A program made the translations under genes and the position numbers. From the NCBI RefSeq assembly GCF_000143415.4, contig NW_003314289.1, forward strand, positions 499,579 to 563,578: a stretch of 64,000 nucleotides of DNA. Reading direction: 5' to 3'. Of this stretch, positions 25,766 to 38,810 are shown piece after piece (within the stretch, counting starts at the first letter, position 1; every line of letters starts with the position of its first letter). The notes beneath the pieces are model-generated. The model worked only from the letters and a program-made list of their open reading frames with translations. It was not told where the DNA came from and searched no databases. Source of the stretch: Selaginella moellendorffii (Eukaryota > Plantae > Lycopodiophyta).

Positions 25766-25803
25766 ACCTAATCCATAAACCCTAATTAGTATAGATATAA
25801 AAC

Positions 25804-25877
25804 TCTCATGTAGCTCAGATGGTAGAGCTCTCGGTTAGCATGCAAGAGGCACTGGGATTGATAGCCCGGCATCTCCA
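25804..25877 (+). pseudogene. tRNA-Ala(AGC) pseudogene
   Basis: atgtagctcagatggtagagc-tctcggttagcatgcaagagg-cactgggattgatagcccggcatctcca resembles plant tRNA-Ala(AGC). The 5' acceptor G-run is replaced by tctc, and the anticodon and T stems are mismatched. Confidence 0.8.
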
Positions 25878-26326
25878 AATCTTTTCGAGCTGCTGTTCCA
25901 GGCACCGAAAGGTGGTCTATCTATCCGAGGTTTGCCTCGTCTATAATCTGACTTTCCTGTATCTGCACAGGATTATAAAGATGAAGGCGATGAAGGGGAC
26001 TTTCCAAAATTCCTGTCATTGTCACTCTCTCAAAAGGCTGACTACAAGCTCGTTGACATGCCCAAGTTGAGTGTGCCAAAGGCGGATAGGTGAAGGGTCA
26101 CAAAAGGCAAGAAGCTGTCTCTCGGTACAACATATTTTAGAAGGTTTACTTTGCTACGATTTACTACTATTCTTTTCTGTCCTATGCTCTTTTGTAGCGT
26201 GACAAACCGGCTCTTATTCCGGTACCAAGCAAGTATATGGTTCTAGAAAAAATGATTGATGAAGCTGTCTGCTAATATTTTGTTTTTGCAGCAGAATGCA
26301 AGTGCCGAGGAATGGTTGATATAGAA

Positions 26327-26451
26327 GTGCTTTGATGATATGTTGTGTGAATTTATATTGTGCTTTTCTGCAAAAGAAACATTCTAGGACTGGTGCTTTG
26401 ATGATATGTTGTGTGAATTTATATTGTGCTTTTCTGCAGAAGAAACATTCT
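26327..26451 (+). repeat. Two-copy direct repeat (59 bp, period 66)
   Basis: gtgctttgatgatatgttgtgtgaatttatattgtgcttttctgca.aagaaacattct appears twice. Confidence 0.9.
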
Positions 26452-28035
26452 GTTCAGTCCTAGGACCTTTATTCCAATCTTTCTAGCTACTAGGCCTTAG
26501 TGATTTTCTTAATCAGTACATTAAGTAAATGGGAGTTTTCCAAAGTTTTTTCTTATAGCAACAGCTCATATCCCAACTGTTTTGTAAATTTTTTCATCAC
26601 TGGGAAGCTAATATAAAGTACTCAAAACCCTACTTTATAAGGGATTTGAAAATCTCTGACCCCAAACTAATTAAGAAATTTTTATAGGTCAATGTTAATT
26701 TCAGATGCCCATCCATATATATAGTAATAAGTATTAAATTTAAATCCCATAAGTAGAGGTTGAGGTTAATTCCCACCATGGCCAATAGTGGTGAATCTAC
26801 TCATTAGTAATGATAAAGAGATGATAAATACATAACTTTTATGCCAAATATAGTGTAATGTATATGATCATGAGATAAAATTTAAATATATTGTCATTGT
26901 AAATCTTTAGAACTTCAAGGCATAAAAAAATCATTAAAATTTATTTTATCAAGCAATTACCCATTTTTTAGTTGGCTTAACAGGAGAGATATAAGGTGTG
27001 TTACATTTAATATAAGAGAATATGTCTTAACGAGTACTATTCAATGAGATTGAGTAACTAGTTTTATTGCATACATAGAGATGAAAATGATGATCTAAGT
27101 TGGTACATGTTTGGTCACAATGGCTTCATATGTGTTTCTTGGGTATAAATTTTGACTACCTTTTCATATTAAGTTATATGAGCTTTCACTTAGGCTTATA
27201 GGATGGATATAAGATGTTTCATTTGCACAAGTTTATACTAGAGCTTGTGAGTGAGGAGCGCAAACCATATTTGAGCTCACGAGCTGAAGAGTTGAACTCA
27301 CGAGTTGAACTCAATTTTCAATTGTAATTTAATATAAACATTATAAACTTTAAAATTTTAAGGTTATGGTGAACCTAATAATTTTATAACTCTCTATATA
27401 TTATATAGATAAAAATGTTTTAAAGAACATTTCTTGTTCTAATAATTTAAATATTTACTACATGCAATGATAGGGACATTTGTTAAAACATAAAAATAAA
27501 ATGTTTGCAAAAAGAGTATTCTTATCACTTCTTTAAATTTGTACTCTATGCTTTCTGGCTAGTAAATGTCAGGTTTGTTAGAATTTTAAAATTATTAAAT
27601 TTGAATTAAGATTCTATATAAGGCCATATAACCATTTGAAAGGAAAACAAAAATAACTATGATGGTATATATACTCTCACAACACATTGCAATATCACGC
27701 ACCTGAAAGACTACAATGAAATATTTTTTGAGATGGTAAAGACAAAAATAGAGACTCACGAATACTATGGGTAGTATTGCGAAAAGAACACTCACAAGTA
27801 TATGAAATGAAAAGTGAAATAATAAAATATTTTTATTAATTATATAAGGTATAATTAGTTTATATTATTGATAGAGAATAAACATTGATAGTGCTAGAAA
27901 ATCTAATTAGCTCCAAAAGTTTTCTGCAACTCGGCAATAGTAAGGCTTACTTGGTGTATATGAATATCCACTTTAGGATCCTGGTACAAGATGTTGATGA
28001 AGATGTAATATATATGCTTGCAAGGAGCATATGCC

Positions 28036-31000
28036 TGTAAACCACAAATTTTTCCTTTCCAATTTGCTAGCTTACCTTGTCTATCCAACCAACACCGCCT
28101 TGGCCTTTGTTAAATTCCCTCACCAAGGTTCCCGCTTATTGTACTAGCTCCTACTTGGTTCTACTTGGTTTCAACTACTCATTGCACGAGCAATGGAGCG
28201 TTAGCCATCAATCCACGGATTCCCAAATCTCCTAATCCCCCTTCCCGTATTAGACTGGACTTAAGGTTCAGCTACACTCCCCGCAAGCACAAGTAGCCAA
28301 GCACACCAAGCCTCCAAGTTCCTAACATCCCTTGGTACAACAAGGCTTGATCATAAGACCCTCTAAATTTCAAGCCTTAGGTGCAACACTTTGGGATGCT
28401 GGGGGGAAACACCGTGCCCTAACGGCTCGGTATGAGTACCTCTACCCCTCCCCTTCCATCCCGATAGAAAGGCCCAAGTCCCTAGGAAGGGCAAGGACCA
28501 ATGAGCCACAAGGCACTCAAGTGGGGCACCACTCCACATAAACCAGGAGCACCGTAGTCGGTTTCCCTTCTGGGAGTGGGAGCTGCTCTTGAGCACTTCC
28601 TTGGGTGGCCCATTTAGCACCACCCGAGTCCATGCTTACTCCCACCCAAGGCCACTCAACCCCAATCTCAACCTCTTGTCAGTTTGGAAGCACCATTGGA
28701 GAGTTCCTTCAAGATTGGTTCCTGGACCTCACTATCCCTACTATACTTTTGAAACCCCCTATAGCCCCCCCCTTGGGAGACACATGCTTTGGGCTTTCAC
28801 CCCTCGACCTATATTAGTACTTGGCCTCGGTCTCGGACTCGATCTCCAACTCGATCTCGGACCTGACCTCGGACTCGGTCTCGGACTTGATCTCAGACTC
28901 AACCTCGGACCCAATCTCGGAGTAGACCTCAGACTCGGTCTTGGACCCAATCTCGGATCTCGGACTCCGTCTCGAACTCAGTCTCGAACTCGGTCTTGAA
29001 CTCGGTCTCGGAGTCGGTCTTGGACTCGATCTCAGACTTGGTCCCATCCGATGAACTCTTTATCATTTTGCTCGCGCTTTCGGGGATCCTTTTAGCCTAC
29101 GACACCTTGGGGAGTTGGTTCCTTACAACTCCACCACCCATAGAAAAAATTTGATGCCCACATCGAACATCTCTTTTTAATCTTACGACTTGTTGACCAT
29201 GTCTCTAGGGGCATCCCCCCACTTAATGGTGTGCATAAGTTAGCCTCCCCAGCCAAGAGCCCATGACAATGGAATATAGGTGTCCCTATACCCCTCACCT
29301 CACCACGCTCTAGTATGGGGTCGGGACTTGAACTCAGCCTTGCTTAACTAGGGGGTTGGGACTTGAACTCAACCTCTATAAAATATGTTTATAAATTCGA
29401 CATCCTTGCGGGGAGTTAGGTGTAGTTCCCTACGCCTGGTCGACCTAGCTAACCCATGCTAATTATCTTACCTTCGGCGCACCTTCGGGTCCCAATATAT
29501 GCCATTGCTCAACTTTACCAATTGATACTTTTAATTGAACTTTGCATAAGTACATAGAGTTCTGTCTTGTAGAAATTCCTCCACTAGATTTCATGCGTTT
29601 GCTAGATTTTCCTCCAGTTCCCATGTTGCTTCGCAATGTGAAAATCCTTTCCACTTCACATGGTATTCCCTCACCTCGCATCCTTGTCGCTTGCTGTTGC
29701 ACGTATTGAGGATGGCTTCGACTTCGTATTCCTCTTCCCCTTGAATAACCTCAGTTAGAGGTCTCACTTGGTCTTTGCAAAGAGGATCCTCAAAGTACGG
29801 CTTGAGCAAGTTCACATGGAACACTAAGTGCATCTTTCCCATCTCTCAAGGAAGTCAGAGGCGGTAAACCATTTTACTGATTCGTGCCTCAATCTCGTAA
29901 GGCCCCGCGAACTTGCTTAAGGAACTCAAGATCAGTTCATTTCCAAAAATACATGCATTTTTACCTTTGGGTCAACTTCCGGCTGATCCCACTTGGTAGC
30001 CTTAAGTTCTTGGTGTCCAGCCACACCTTCTCCCCAAGTTTGAACTCTACGTCCTAGTTCACATACTTTGTTTGCCTTTGTTGAGCCCATTCCAAGGAAT
30101 CCACACTCAAGTATCGGGGTGAGTCCATGGGAAGTCATCAATGGGCGAGCTATTGAAGGTCCTATGGAACTCAGCGTGACTGAGTATCATGAAGAGTTAC
30201 CCGCAGTGGAGGCATTCACGATGGAAAGACTCAACATTTGGAATCTAGTGAGTGGTGAGTTGTTATAGCACATTTCCCCAAGTCCCAAATGACTTACCCA
30301 ATTGGTTTCGTCTCCTGAGACATAGCATCGCAAATAATCCTCCAGCTGTCAATTCACCCTTTCTGTTTGACCGTCTGTCAAGAAGTGTTAGTGCCATCAA
30401 ACTTGACTTAATACCCAATACTTGTTTGTAGGTGATAGGCTATGCTGAATTTCATCTTGGTGTGATACTGTTCCAGGAGAGTTCTCTAGAACCTACTGGT
30501 GAAGATATTATCTCGATCTGAGATAATCTCTTTTGGCCTTCCCCACACTTGAACCACTTGTTCAAAAAACAACTTTGCCACACCTTCTGCATCCACTTCT
30601 ATTGTGGTGGGTATGAAATGTGCCATTTTTGAAAATCAGTTCACCACTACAAAAATCACATCAAACCCCTCACTTGGGGGGAGTCCCGTGATGAAGTCTA
30701 TTGTAAGACATTTCCACGGACGATCTGGAATTGGGATGCTTTGTAACAAGCCCCCACTAGCCTTAGTCACGGCTTTAACCCACTTGTAAGCAACCAAAGG
30801 GAACGACTCGAGAAACGATCCATGGGGTTCAAATATAGAGGGAAAGGGCCCATAAACAAGAGTGCACCCCCTTTTCCAATCGGTTAAGGGTCTTGGGATA
30901 TTTGGGGTTAAGTGTCCTTGGGTTTGAATAGTACTAGGCTGGGTGACCTCTCGGGAAGTCCAAACTCAGGAGCTTACACCGCTGACATGTTGAACATGTC

Positions 31001-31747
31001 TTTACATAGTCTTGGATGTCTTTAGCCATATCTGGCCAGTGATACTTCCTCTTGAGTAAGCCCATCGTCTTGGGCACTCCACCATGTCCCGCAAGAGGTT
31101 TGTCATGACACTCTTCTAAGGCTACCTTCCTTAGTTCCCCTTTTGGAACATACACTTTCATTTTTTTATAATAGATAAGTCCATTGTGTTCCGTATAACT
31201 TGTTTTCTCTTCTCATTTGTTTATAATAGATAAGTCCATTGTGTTCTGTATAACTTGTTTTCTCTTCTGTTGGCAATTCACCTCTCTGATGAGCTTCTCG
31301 TGCCTCTTGGTTCCTTAGCAACACTTCTTGTGCTAGACCATCGTTCTCATATGTTGTCCACACATCTTCCCAAAAGGTTGTCACACTAGATATCACCAAT
31401 TTGATACTTGCTTTTTGACTTGGAGCATCTGCCACGATGTTGCTCTTCCCAGGTTTATACAGAATCTTGCAATTAAACTCAGCCAAAGCATTGGCCCACC
31501 GACCTTGTTTCCCTCTTAGGTCGGGTTGTGCCAAGAAGTGTTTTGTTGCCACATTATCTGTGTAAACTTTGAAGTGCCTCCCAAGGTAGTTTTGCAAATA
31601 ATTCCTTCTTGTAAGCAAGCCACTTTTGTTGAGCCTTATTCAACTATTTCGAGAAGAACACCATTGGATGGTTGTTTTGCTTTAAAACTGCACCTAATGC
31701 AAAGTCCGAAGCATATGTTTCTACCTCAAAGTCTTTACTAAAGTTAG
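28036..31747 (-). mobile_element. 5'-truncated chromovirus (Ty3/gypsy): RNase H, integrase, chromodomain, PPT, 3' LTR (28036-29127)
   Basis: ETYASDFALGAVL (RNase H); ECHDKPLAGHGG...YVKTCSTCQ (integrase Zn); EYEVEAIL...YHVKWKGFSHCEATWE (chromodomain). PPT tatgggtggtggagt precedes a TG...CA LTR. Confidence 0.9.
30785..30978 (+). mobile_element. Cassandra-like TRIM solo LTR containing a 5S rRNA-derived segment (30907-30961)
   Basis: TGTAAG...CTTACA termini and a ccact/ccgct 5-bp TSD. Internal gttaagtgtccttgggtttgaatagtactaggctgggtgacctctcgggaagtcc matches the 5S A-box/IE/C-box region. Confidence 0.85.
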
Positions 31748-34700
31748 GGAGCATATGCCTTCCCATGTTCCTCGTGCTTCGTAATGTCTGGACATGTGCA
31801 AAAAGGAAAGTCTTGAATAACAATTGTGTACTCTCCACCTTTTGTTTTGACTGTGTACTCCTTTGCAAGCGTAATGATGTACTTTGTGGAGAGAATCTCA
31901 CACTCAAGTGTTTGAGCCAAGTTTAATTTACCTTGCTTTTGCTTGGAGACAGTACTAATAAATTTAACTGCCTTACCTTTTCTCGTTGGCCTCCTATGCA
32001 TCTCTGTAGGAACAATCCTGGTTTTATCACTTGTGTCTCCAACTCTCCTTTCAAGATTGAAACCAGAGAGCAACCCATTAGCAACCGGCCATTCTTTAGG
32101 TACTGCATCAGGTTTAGTCACTATAGTGTCTTCAAGCCGCTTTATATGGTTGACATTAGTGTTGGAGCAATATAACCAACACCATCTTGAAAATCCTGCT
32201 TGCTTTCGTTCCCCATGGAAACATAAGGCTAGAACAAAAGCAGACTTGTTACCACGGATCCAAGCCCAACACTTGCCCCTTGGAAGCATCCCTACACACC
32301 TTACATTTGATTTTGCTGGCACTTGACGGATTGCCCATTGCTTCGGCTCCACGCTACGATAAGCAATTTCAACCTGCTGTGATGCACTTTCTTCATCAGC
32401 CACTTGAGGTGGCTCGGTTCGGGGGTGATGTCTTGGAGCAGAATGATACTCAACATCAGGCATGTGAGAGCTTTTTGCTCCAAGATCTATGCCAACATCT
32501 TCACCAGCAAAGGAAAAGTGACGCTTTGAGCGGACAGTCTTCATATCACCAATAAAAGCCCAGGGAGTGTACTCTATAGATGTGCCACGAACCACTTCCT
32601 CCACTGCAGTTGCCACTGTTCATGCTAGTGGAGTCACTTTCTTCTTCATCTGATCGTGTAACATCTCAACCGAAGGTCCTGTTCCCATATATCTTCCTTC
32701 CTTAAATGCCAAGTCTTTTGAAGACTACTCTACAACGTGTATCAAATTTGATAGACATGCTTCATATAGACTCATCTTCCCTTTCCCTACCTCAGAGGAA
32801 CGCTAACTTCAATGTTTACTTTTTGAGAGATTCACAGTTGGGGTGTATGCAAGATCCTCAAGTGGTTGATCCTTATAAAAAGATGATATCAAAAAGCAAT
32901 AAAAAAGTGGAAAAAAAGAAAAACCAACTTGAAAAGAGTAATGTCCCTATTGGAACATTCTGACTTCCCACCACCCCAACCACGACTCAAGTTGTGGTAG
33001 ACAACTTATGTCAGTATGGCCATCTTCATGCCACCACATTCGGATCTTGTTTGCTTTTGCCTCATGCTCTTCTTCAGAAGGTGTAGCTTGCCATTGTTTG
33101 CACAACTCCTTAAATGTTAATTGGAAATCTGGCTTGATAAGGTGGCAGTGTTGGTTTAGGCTCTGAGCCCAATAGAACTCACAAGTCCTCTCACAACCTT
33201 CTAGGGGTTGACCATTCCCAAAGACTGCTCGGACACCATTCCAATTAGCCCCAACCCCATCTGCCATGAAATTGTGAAAGTTGGTAGGCTTACTAGTCCG
33301 TTTTAATACAATGTCGGAGAGGGACTTCCAAAATATTTCTTGAGCCATCTGGTCTTGTACTTTAAACTCTGCTATTGCAATTTTCAAGTTACAACGTAAT
33401 CTGTGAAAAGGGTAATGCTTAAAACCATTTTAAGATAATGAGAAAAAAAACTACCTTGGGTCATACATATGAGCTCCCATGGTTGTCCAACTCGCCACCC
33501 GCTCCATATGGTCAAAATGTACCCATGCATTAGCAAGGTCACTCAACCCAGACATATCCATTTGGGAAACAAGATCCACACCAGAGGCGGGGCCCATGGT
33601 AGACATTTTGAAAACGAAGAGGCGCTCTTGCTCACTAACAACTTGATCTGGAAATAAACTCCCATGAATAAACTCATAGGGACAAGTCCGTTTTAGTTCA
33701 AGGATTGAGTCGATTTTTGATTGGAGTTTCCCCTCTCGAGATTCACATATCCAAGACTTTATCTTTAATAAAATAAAATATAAGAGAGATATTATTGAAA
33801 AGTATGTAATAATATTTTCATACCTTATGAGGCTAGTTGCAGGTTGCATATGTTGTAGTAACTCCCGCAAGCTAGTCTCATCCAGTTGAGTATTCTTGTA
33901 GTCCGGATCAAGTAAAGTGCTTGTGATAAAATCCTTGAGCACTATCTTTTGAACATGCTTTGGAGTTGTAGATGAGTTTCTCACAGTCTCTATCTGCATT
34001 GCATCTTTGAAACGGTTGATTGAACTCCTTTGTATCCCTTCTTGCATTGGATGTGTGTGCGTGCCAATATGTACTGCAGCTCTACCAGCCTCTCCATCTC
34101 ATGGAAGAAAATAGTACATCTTGGCCCCGCAGATGGCATGACATAATGGAGCATTCTTGCAAAATCGACACTTGAATCCAATACCAATGGTGTCACAGAT
34201 GGGAGGATTGGTTGCAGATCCTTAAAAAAATGTGGAGTTTTTACCGCACTCTCGATTGCATGTTTTATTCACACAATCCAAATACCCACCACAATGAACC
34301 ATGGACACTGTGCCTTCGAAATGCTAGAAATATGTGGTCTTGATCTTGCACTAGTTGTGGACGTCTTGCTTCATTTCCATCCCCTTTTGTTTTGAGCTGA
34401 CAAGAGGTGGTAGTTCAAAGAAGATATTGCCATTGTATGTAGATGGGAGCTCACTAATGGGCCTATGCAGAAAGGAACGCACGTCGATAGAGAGGCGGGA
34501 AAACTGGAAAGCATTGCAAACAACTTTGAATATCTGTAAAGTTGGAGTTTGGAAATTCTTGGCTCGCACTAGACTAAAATCTCCACTAGAACTAAAAAAG
34601 GAAGAAATGATGACGACTGACTCTTACTTCACATTCACTTTGGTAGGATCGCAGCCTCGCACTTTGATTGAAGATCCAAAAACTCGAATCTCCTTCGACT

Positions 34701-35964
34701 TGGAATGTTGCAATTCCCAATATTGTCCACCTTCACCTACACCCGAAAGAAGAAACTCCGATCGTTCAACTACACCAATGTTGTTGCGAATCACAGCCTC
34801 CAATGAAATAGAACCGAGAAAAAGATCGAAACGTCGGCAAAGAAAACTTTCTGAAATAAAACTTTGGGAGAAAGAAAGCGGTGGGTGATCTTGGTAATGC
34901 AAAAGGAAACTCTCCATTTTGTTGCCTTTAGGTTTTGGAACTCTAAACTTTTATAAAGAAATGTCACCTCAAACATGTGCTATGCCATTATGTGAAAAGA
35001 AAGGGCGATTTTATTCTAGGATCTAACATTGAATAATGTTGTTATAATAAATTCTGTATAAAGTATATAGGACTATGTTGTACAATATTAAAAGTCTGTA
35101 TATATTGAATTCAAAAACATGCTCAAATTTATTATATGGACTAACTTTTGGTAGAATGGAAAGAAATATCACGTCAAGCATGTGCTATAATATAAAAGAT
35201 AGGAATAATTTTATTCTAGGATCTACCATCAACCAACTGTTGCCAAACAAATTAAATATTGTACATATTTTCAGTACTTCATTAAAGCTAGAAATCATCA
35301 CATTCTTCTGAACTCATTTAAATTCCATCTTTGTACTACCATCTATCACCTATAGTAAATTATCTATATACATTACTTTGGAAATACCATCTTACGATTT
35401 AATAATCTTATATTTTCTGACAAGATGCTATTACTTGTGAGAAACATATAATTCTCATTTATAATTTCGTACTGTGATCAATTCAACACATGCGTCTGTG
35501 ACATTATTTCCACATTATGGCATAGTCATATTAGAGCACACCTCCATTCTTAAATTACAACTCAAAAGGACTTTGTCACGTGATCAAATTTAGGATGGAA
35601 TAGAAATTATACATTGCTAGCAAATATTTGCAGAATGTAATGAAGATTTACTGCATCCATGATGAACGGCTGTGATGAAAGTGAGGTTAGGTTTAGAGCA
35701 GCTGCCGGCATTAGGGTTTTATAGAAACTAAAGTGGGAGGTTGGGAGTGACTATAGGATCCATCGGCGTCGAACAGAATGCCGCCAAAAGTAAGTTTTTT
35801 ACTCCTCCACTCCCTCTCCTCCACTCCCATGCCACGCCCAACACCACCGTGCCCACGCCACGCCCATGCCATGCCATGCCCAGCGCCGCCACTGCCTAGG
35901 GCCACTGCTGCACAGCACCGCCACTGCCCAGCACCGTCGCTGCCATGACCAGTGCCACCGCTGC

Positions 35965-38666
35965 CATTGTTGGTCCCGACCGCGGTCGGCCTACACCCTG
36001 ACCGCCGCCGACCGCGTTCGGCCGACCACGTTTGGACAGGTCCGTTCGTGGAAAAAAAAAATGTCGGGAAAAAAAAAAAATGGTGATCGTGCTTCGCGCT
36101 AGATTTCTGATGCTGCTGCGGCAAGGAGGGCATAGGAGCTGCGTGCGTACCTGCCTCTGTTTTCGATTGAGCATGGAGCAGCGCTGAGGCCTCACAAATC
36201 AAATCGCCCAGTCTGCGATGCTTGAAGTTTTTGCCCTAAAATGAAAATTCAGTGATTCCAGAGATTTGATTGTAGAGATTCATAGCGATTCTGGCACAAT
36301 TGAGCGATGGCGCCCGATTGGGCATGGTCCCATGTTACCAAGCTCACTCCTTATGCTTCCGGCAAAGGAGATGGGCGTTGGAAATGTAATTATTGTGGTA
36401 AAATGTATGGCGGTTCACCGAAACGCATCAAGGTGCATCTTGCTAAAGTTTCTGGGCATGATATTGAAGCATGTAGTGCTTCAAACGTTCCTCTTCATGT
36501 TCAGAACCAAGCTCGCCGAATGTTTGTGGAGCAAATTGCAAATGCCCCTTTGTCTTTACCTTCTACAGCAAATCTACAGAGTAGGCATTTTGATGGGGCA
36601 TCTGCTTCTGGAGCTGGTACACAAAGTGCTAGTCAATCTCAGCCTATGAGTGCTTCTATAGGCCATGAGGGATCATCTGTTGATCGAAAGCGAATGCGAG
36701 ATGGCAATATTGAGGAAATGCTTGATGATGCAAGAAACATGAACTTAGATGATGCGATATCAAAGTTCATTTTCTTGAATGCTATACCATTTAATGTTGT
36801 GAAAAGCTCATATTTTCATGCGATGATCGCAGCCGCTTGTAGTGCTAGACCTAGTGCTGCATCGAGGATTCTTGGTTACAAGAAGCTTCGTACTACTCAA
36901 CTCACTCGTCACTATACTTTAATCAAGGAGAAGTTAGCTCCCTTTCGTGATGGATGGGCTCGGTTTGGATGTACAATAGTGACTGATGGATGGTCTGATA
37001 TAAAGAGTAGATCATTCATAAATTTCATGGTTACCTCTATCCATGGCTCAATATTTTGGCAGGGTATTGACACCAAAGGAGAAGAGAAGATTGGTCTTTG
37101 GCTTTGGGAGCAACTTAGACCCATCATTTTGGATGTTGGTGTTGAAAATGTTGTTCAAGTCATCACTGATAATGCTTCGAATTGTGTATCGATGGGGGAA
37201 CATATGAGAGAAGAATTCCCCTTTATCTTACACAATCGATGCGTGTGCCATGTTTTGGACTTATTATTGGAGGATATTGGGAAGTTTGATTGGGTGTCTA
37301 AGATCGTAAATGACTGTGAGAAGATCGTGAAGTTCATAACTGAGAAGCCGATGTTACTTGCTTTATTTCGAAAGTTCTGCTCTAGAGAACTCATGAAGCT
37401 TGCGAAGACTCGATTCGCTTACATCTTTCTTATGGTCAGCTAGCTCCAGCATGAAGATGTTTTCCCGTGCCTTCGACGATTCATAGTGAGTGCAGAATTT
37501 GAATCGTCGAAGTGGTATAACACAAAGGATGCCAAAGATGTTCGTACAACAATTTTCAATGATGAATTTTGAAAGAATGCTTCAACTTTATTGGTTATGG
37601 TAGCTCCTATTTTGAAGGTGTTACGTCTTGCAGATCATGAGGGCGCAACAACAGGATTAATTTATGAAGCAATGTATTGTATGATTGAAGGATTGGAGCT
37701 TGCAGCTCAAGATGGCAAGCTTGATGCAGATAAAATTGATGCAATTAAGTGTGTCTTGGTTGAAGACCAACATAGATGGAGAGCTCGATGGTTTATGATG
37801 CATAGCTCTATGCACAGCGCTGCACATGCTTTGAATCCTTCATACCTTGAGCAAGACTTGGATGCTGAGGTAAGAAGTGATTGGATGAATTATTTATCAC
37901 TCTATTGCTATGGGGACACTCAGCTGGAAGAGAAGTTAGATGAGCAATTCAATATGTTTCGACGAGGAATTGGAAGAGCTATCAATCAGGATTTGCCGAA
38001 GAGCAAAGCAAAAAGGAAATTCCCAGTGTCTTGGTGGGAATCCTATGGATATGAGATGCCTGAGCTCAGGAAGTTAGCACTTCGTGTGTTGAGCCAAGGA
38101 GTGTGCTCTTCTCCATGTGAGCGAAATTGGAGTAGCTGGAACTTGATCCAAACCAAACGACGCAATCGCTTGCTTCTAGAGAACTTGAAGAAGTTGGTTT
38201 ATGTACACAGTAACACCAGAGTGGTGGATCGTATTGAAAGTGAAGGAATGAAGTTCCTAGAGATTGATCTCGACACAATTGCAATCGAACCACAATGGAT
38301 GAGGATTGTAGAGATGCAAGCTAGGCTTGAATCTCTTGGTATAAAAGATTTAGCCGAAGAAGATCTTCCAAATGAAGATGTGATTGTTGAGGAAGATGCC
38401 GGAGATGTCGAGGGACTTGCCGAAGATGTTGAAGAAGATGAGTAGCAGTTGGTTTGGTTTGGTCTAATGCTTTGGTTTGGTTTGGTTTGGTTTGGTTTAA
38501 TGCTTTGGTTTTCCTACTTTTATTAATGTGGTTTTACTAAAAATGTTTTTTTTTTTTTCAAAAAAATTTTGTGAACCGTTCGGCCGTTCGGCATTTTCAC
38601 AGCCAGTCGATAACCACGGTCGGGCGGTCGGGCGGTCGGCGTTCGGAACGGTCGGGACCAACCATG
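35965..38666 (+). mobile_element. hAT DNA transposon with 18-bp TIRs and 8-bp TSD
   Basis: TIRs cattgttggtcccgaccg / cggtcgggaccaaccatg. TSD accgctgc at 35957-35964 and 38667-38674. Confidence 0.93.
36307..38445 (+). pseudogene. hAT transposase (BED finger, DUF659, C-terminal dimerisation domain) with two in-frame stops
   Basis: WKCNYCGK...HL; TIVTDGWSD; VITDNASN; CVCHVLDL; SSPCERNWS; LVYVHSN. Stops at 37441 (TAG) and 37570 (TGA). Confidence 0.92.
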
Positions 38667-38679
38667 ACCGCTGCCCAGC

Positions 38680-38810
38680 TCAGTGCCGCCGCTGCCGTGC
38701 CCAGTGCTGCCGCCCCTGTGCCCAGTGCTGCCGCCGCCGTGCCCAGCGCCGCTGCTGCCATGCCCAGTGCTGCCGCCGCCGTGCCCAGCGCCGCTGCTGC
38801 CAAGTGCCCG
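38680..38810 (+). repeat. GC-rich 21-bp minisatellite in intron 1 of the ParB-MTase gene
   Basis: gtgcccagtgctgccgccgcc-like units occur about five times; related units lie left of the hAT insertion (35820-35964). Confidence 0.8.

Larger units (their letters stand above)
27903..34900 (-). pseudogene. Spliced MULE-type transposase: GCM/WRKY-like Zn domain, DDE core, C-terminal SWIM finger; decayed and interrupted
   Basis: CGGYLDCVNKTC..CRFC..CHAICGAKMYYF..HIGTHTHP; WVHFDH, FMADG, CEFYW, WLGWW; SWIM CTCPD...AYAP|CKHIYYIF split by the insertion at 28036-31747. Several in-frame stops. The start is approximate. Confidence 0.75.

Noticed and set aside
25804-25877. Functional tRNA-Ala
   Set aside because: The acceptor stem 5' strand is lost, and the anticodon and T arms are mismatched.
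30907-30961. 5S rRNA gene
   Set aside because: Only about 55 nt of the internal region is present, embedded in an LTR with a TSD; the 5S 5' and 3' ends are absent.
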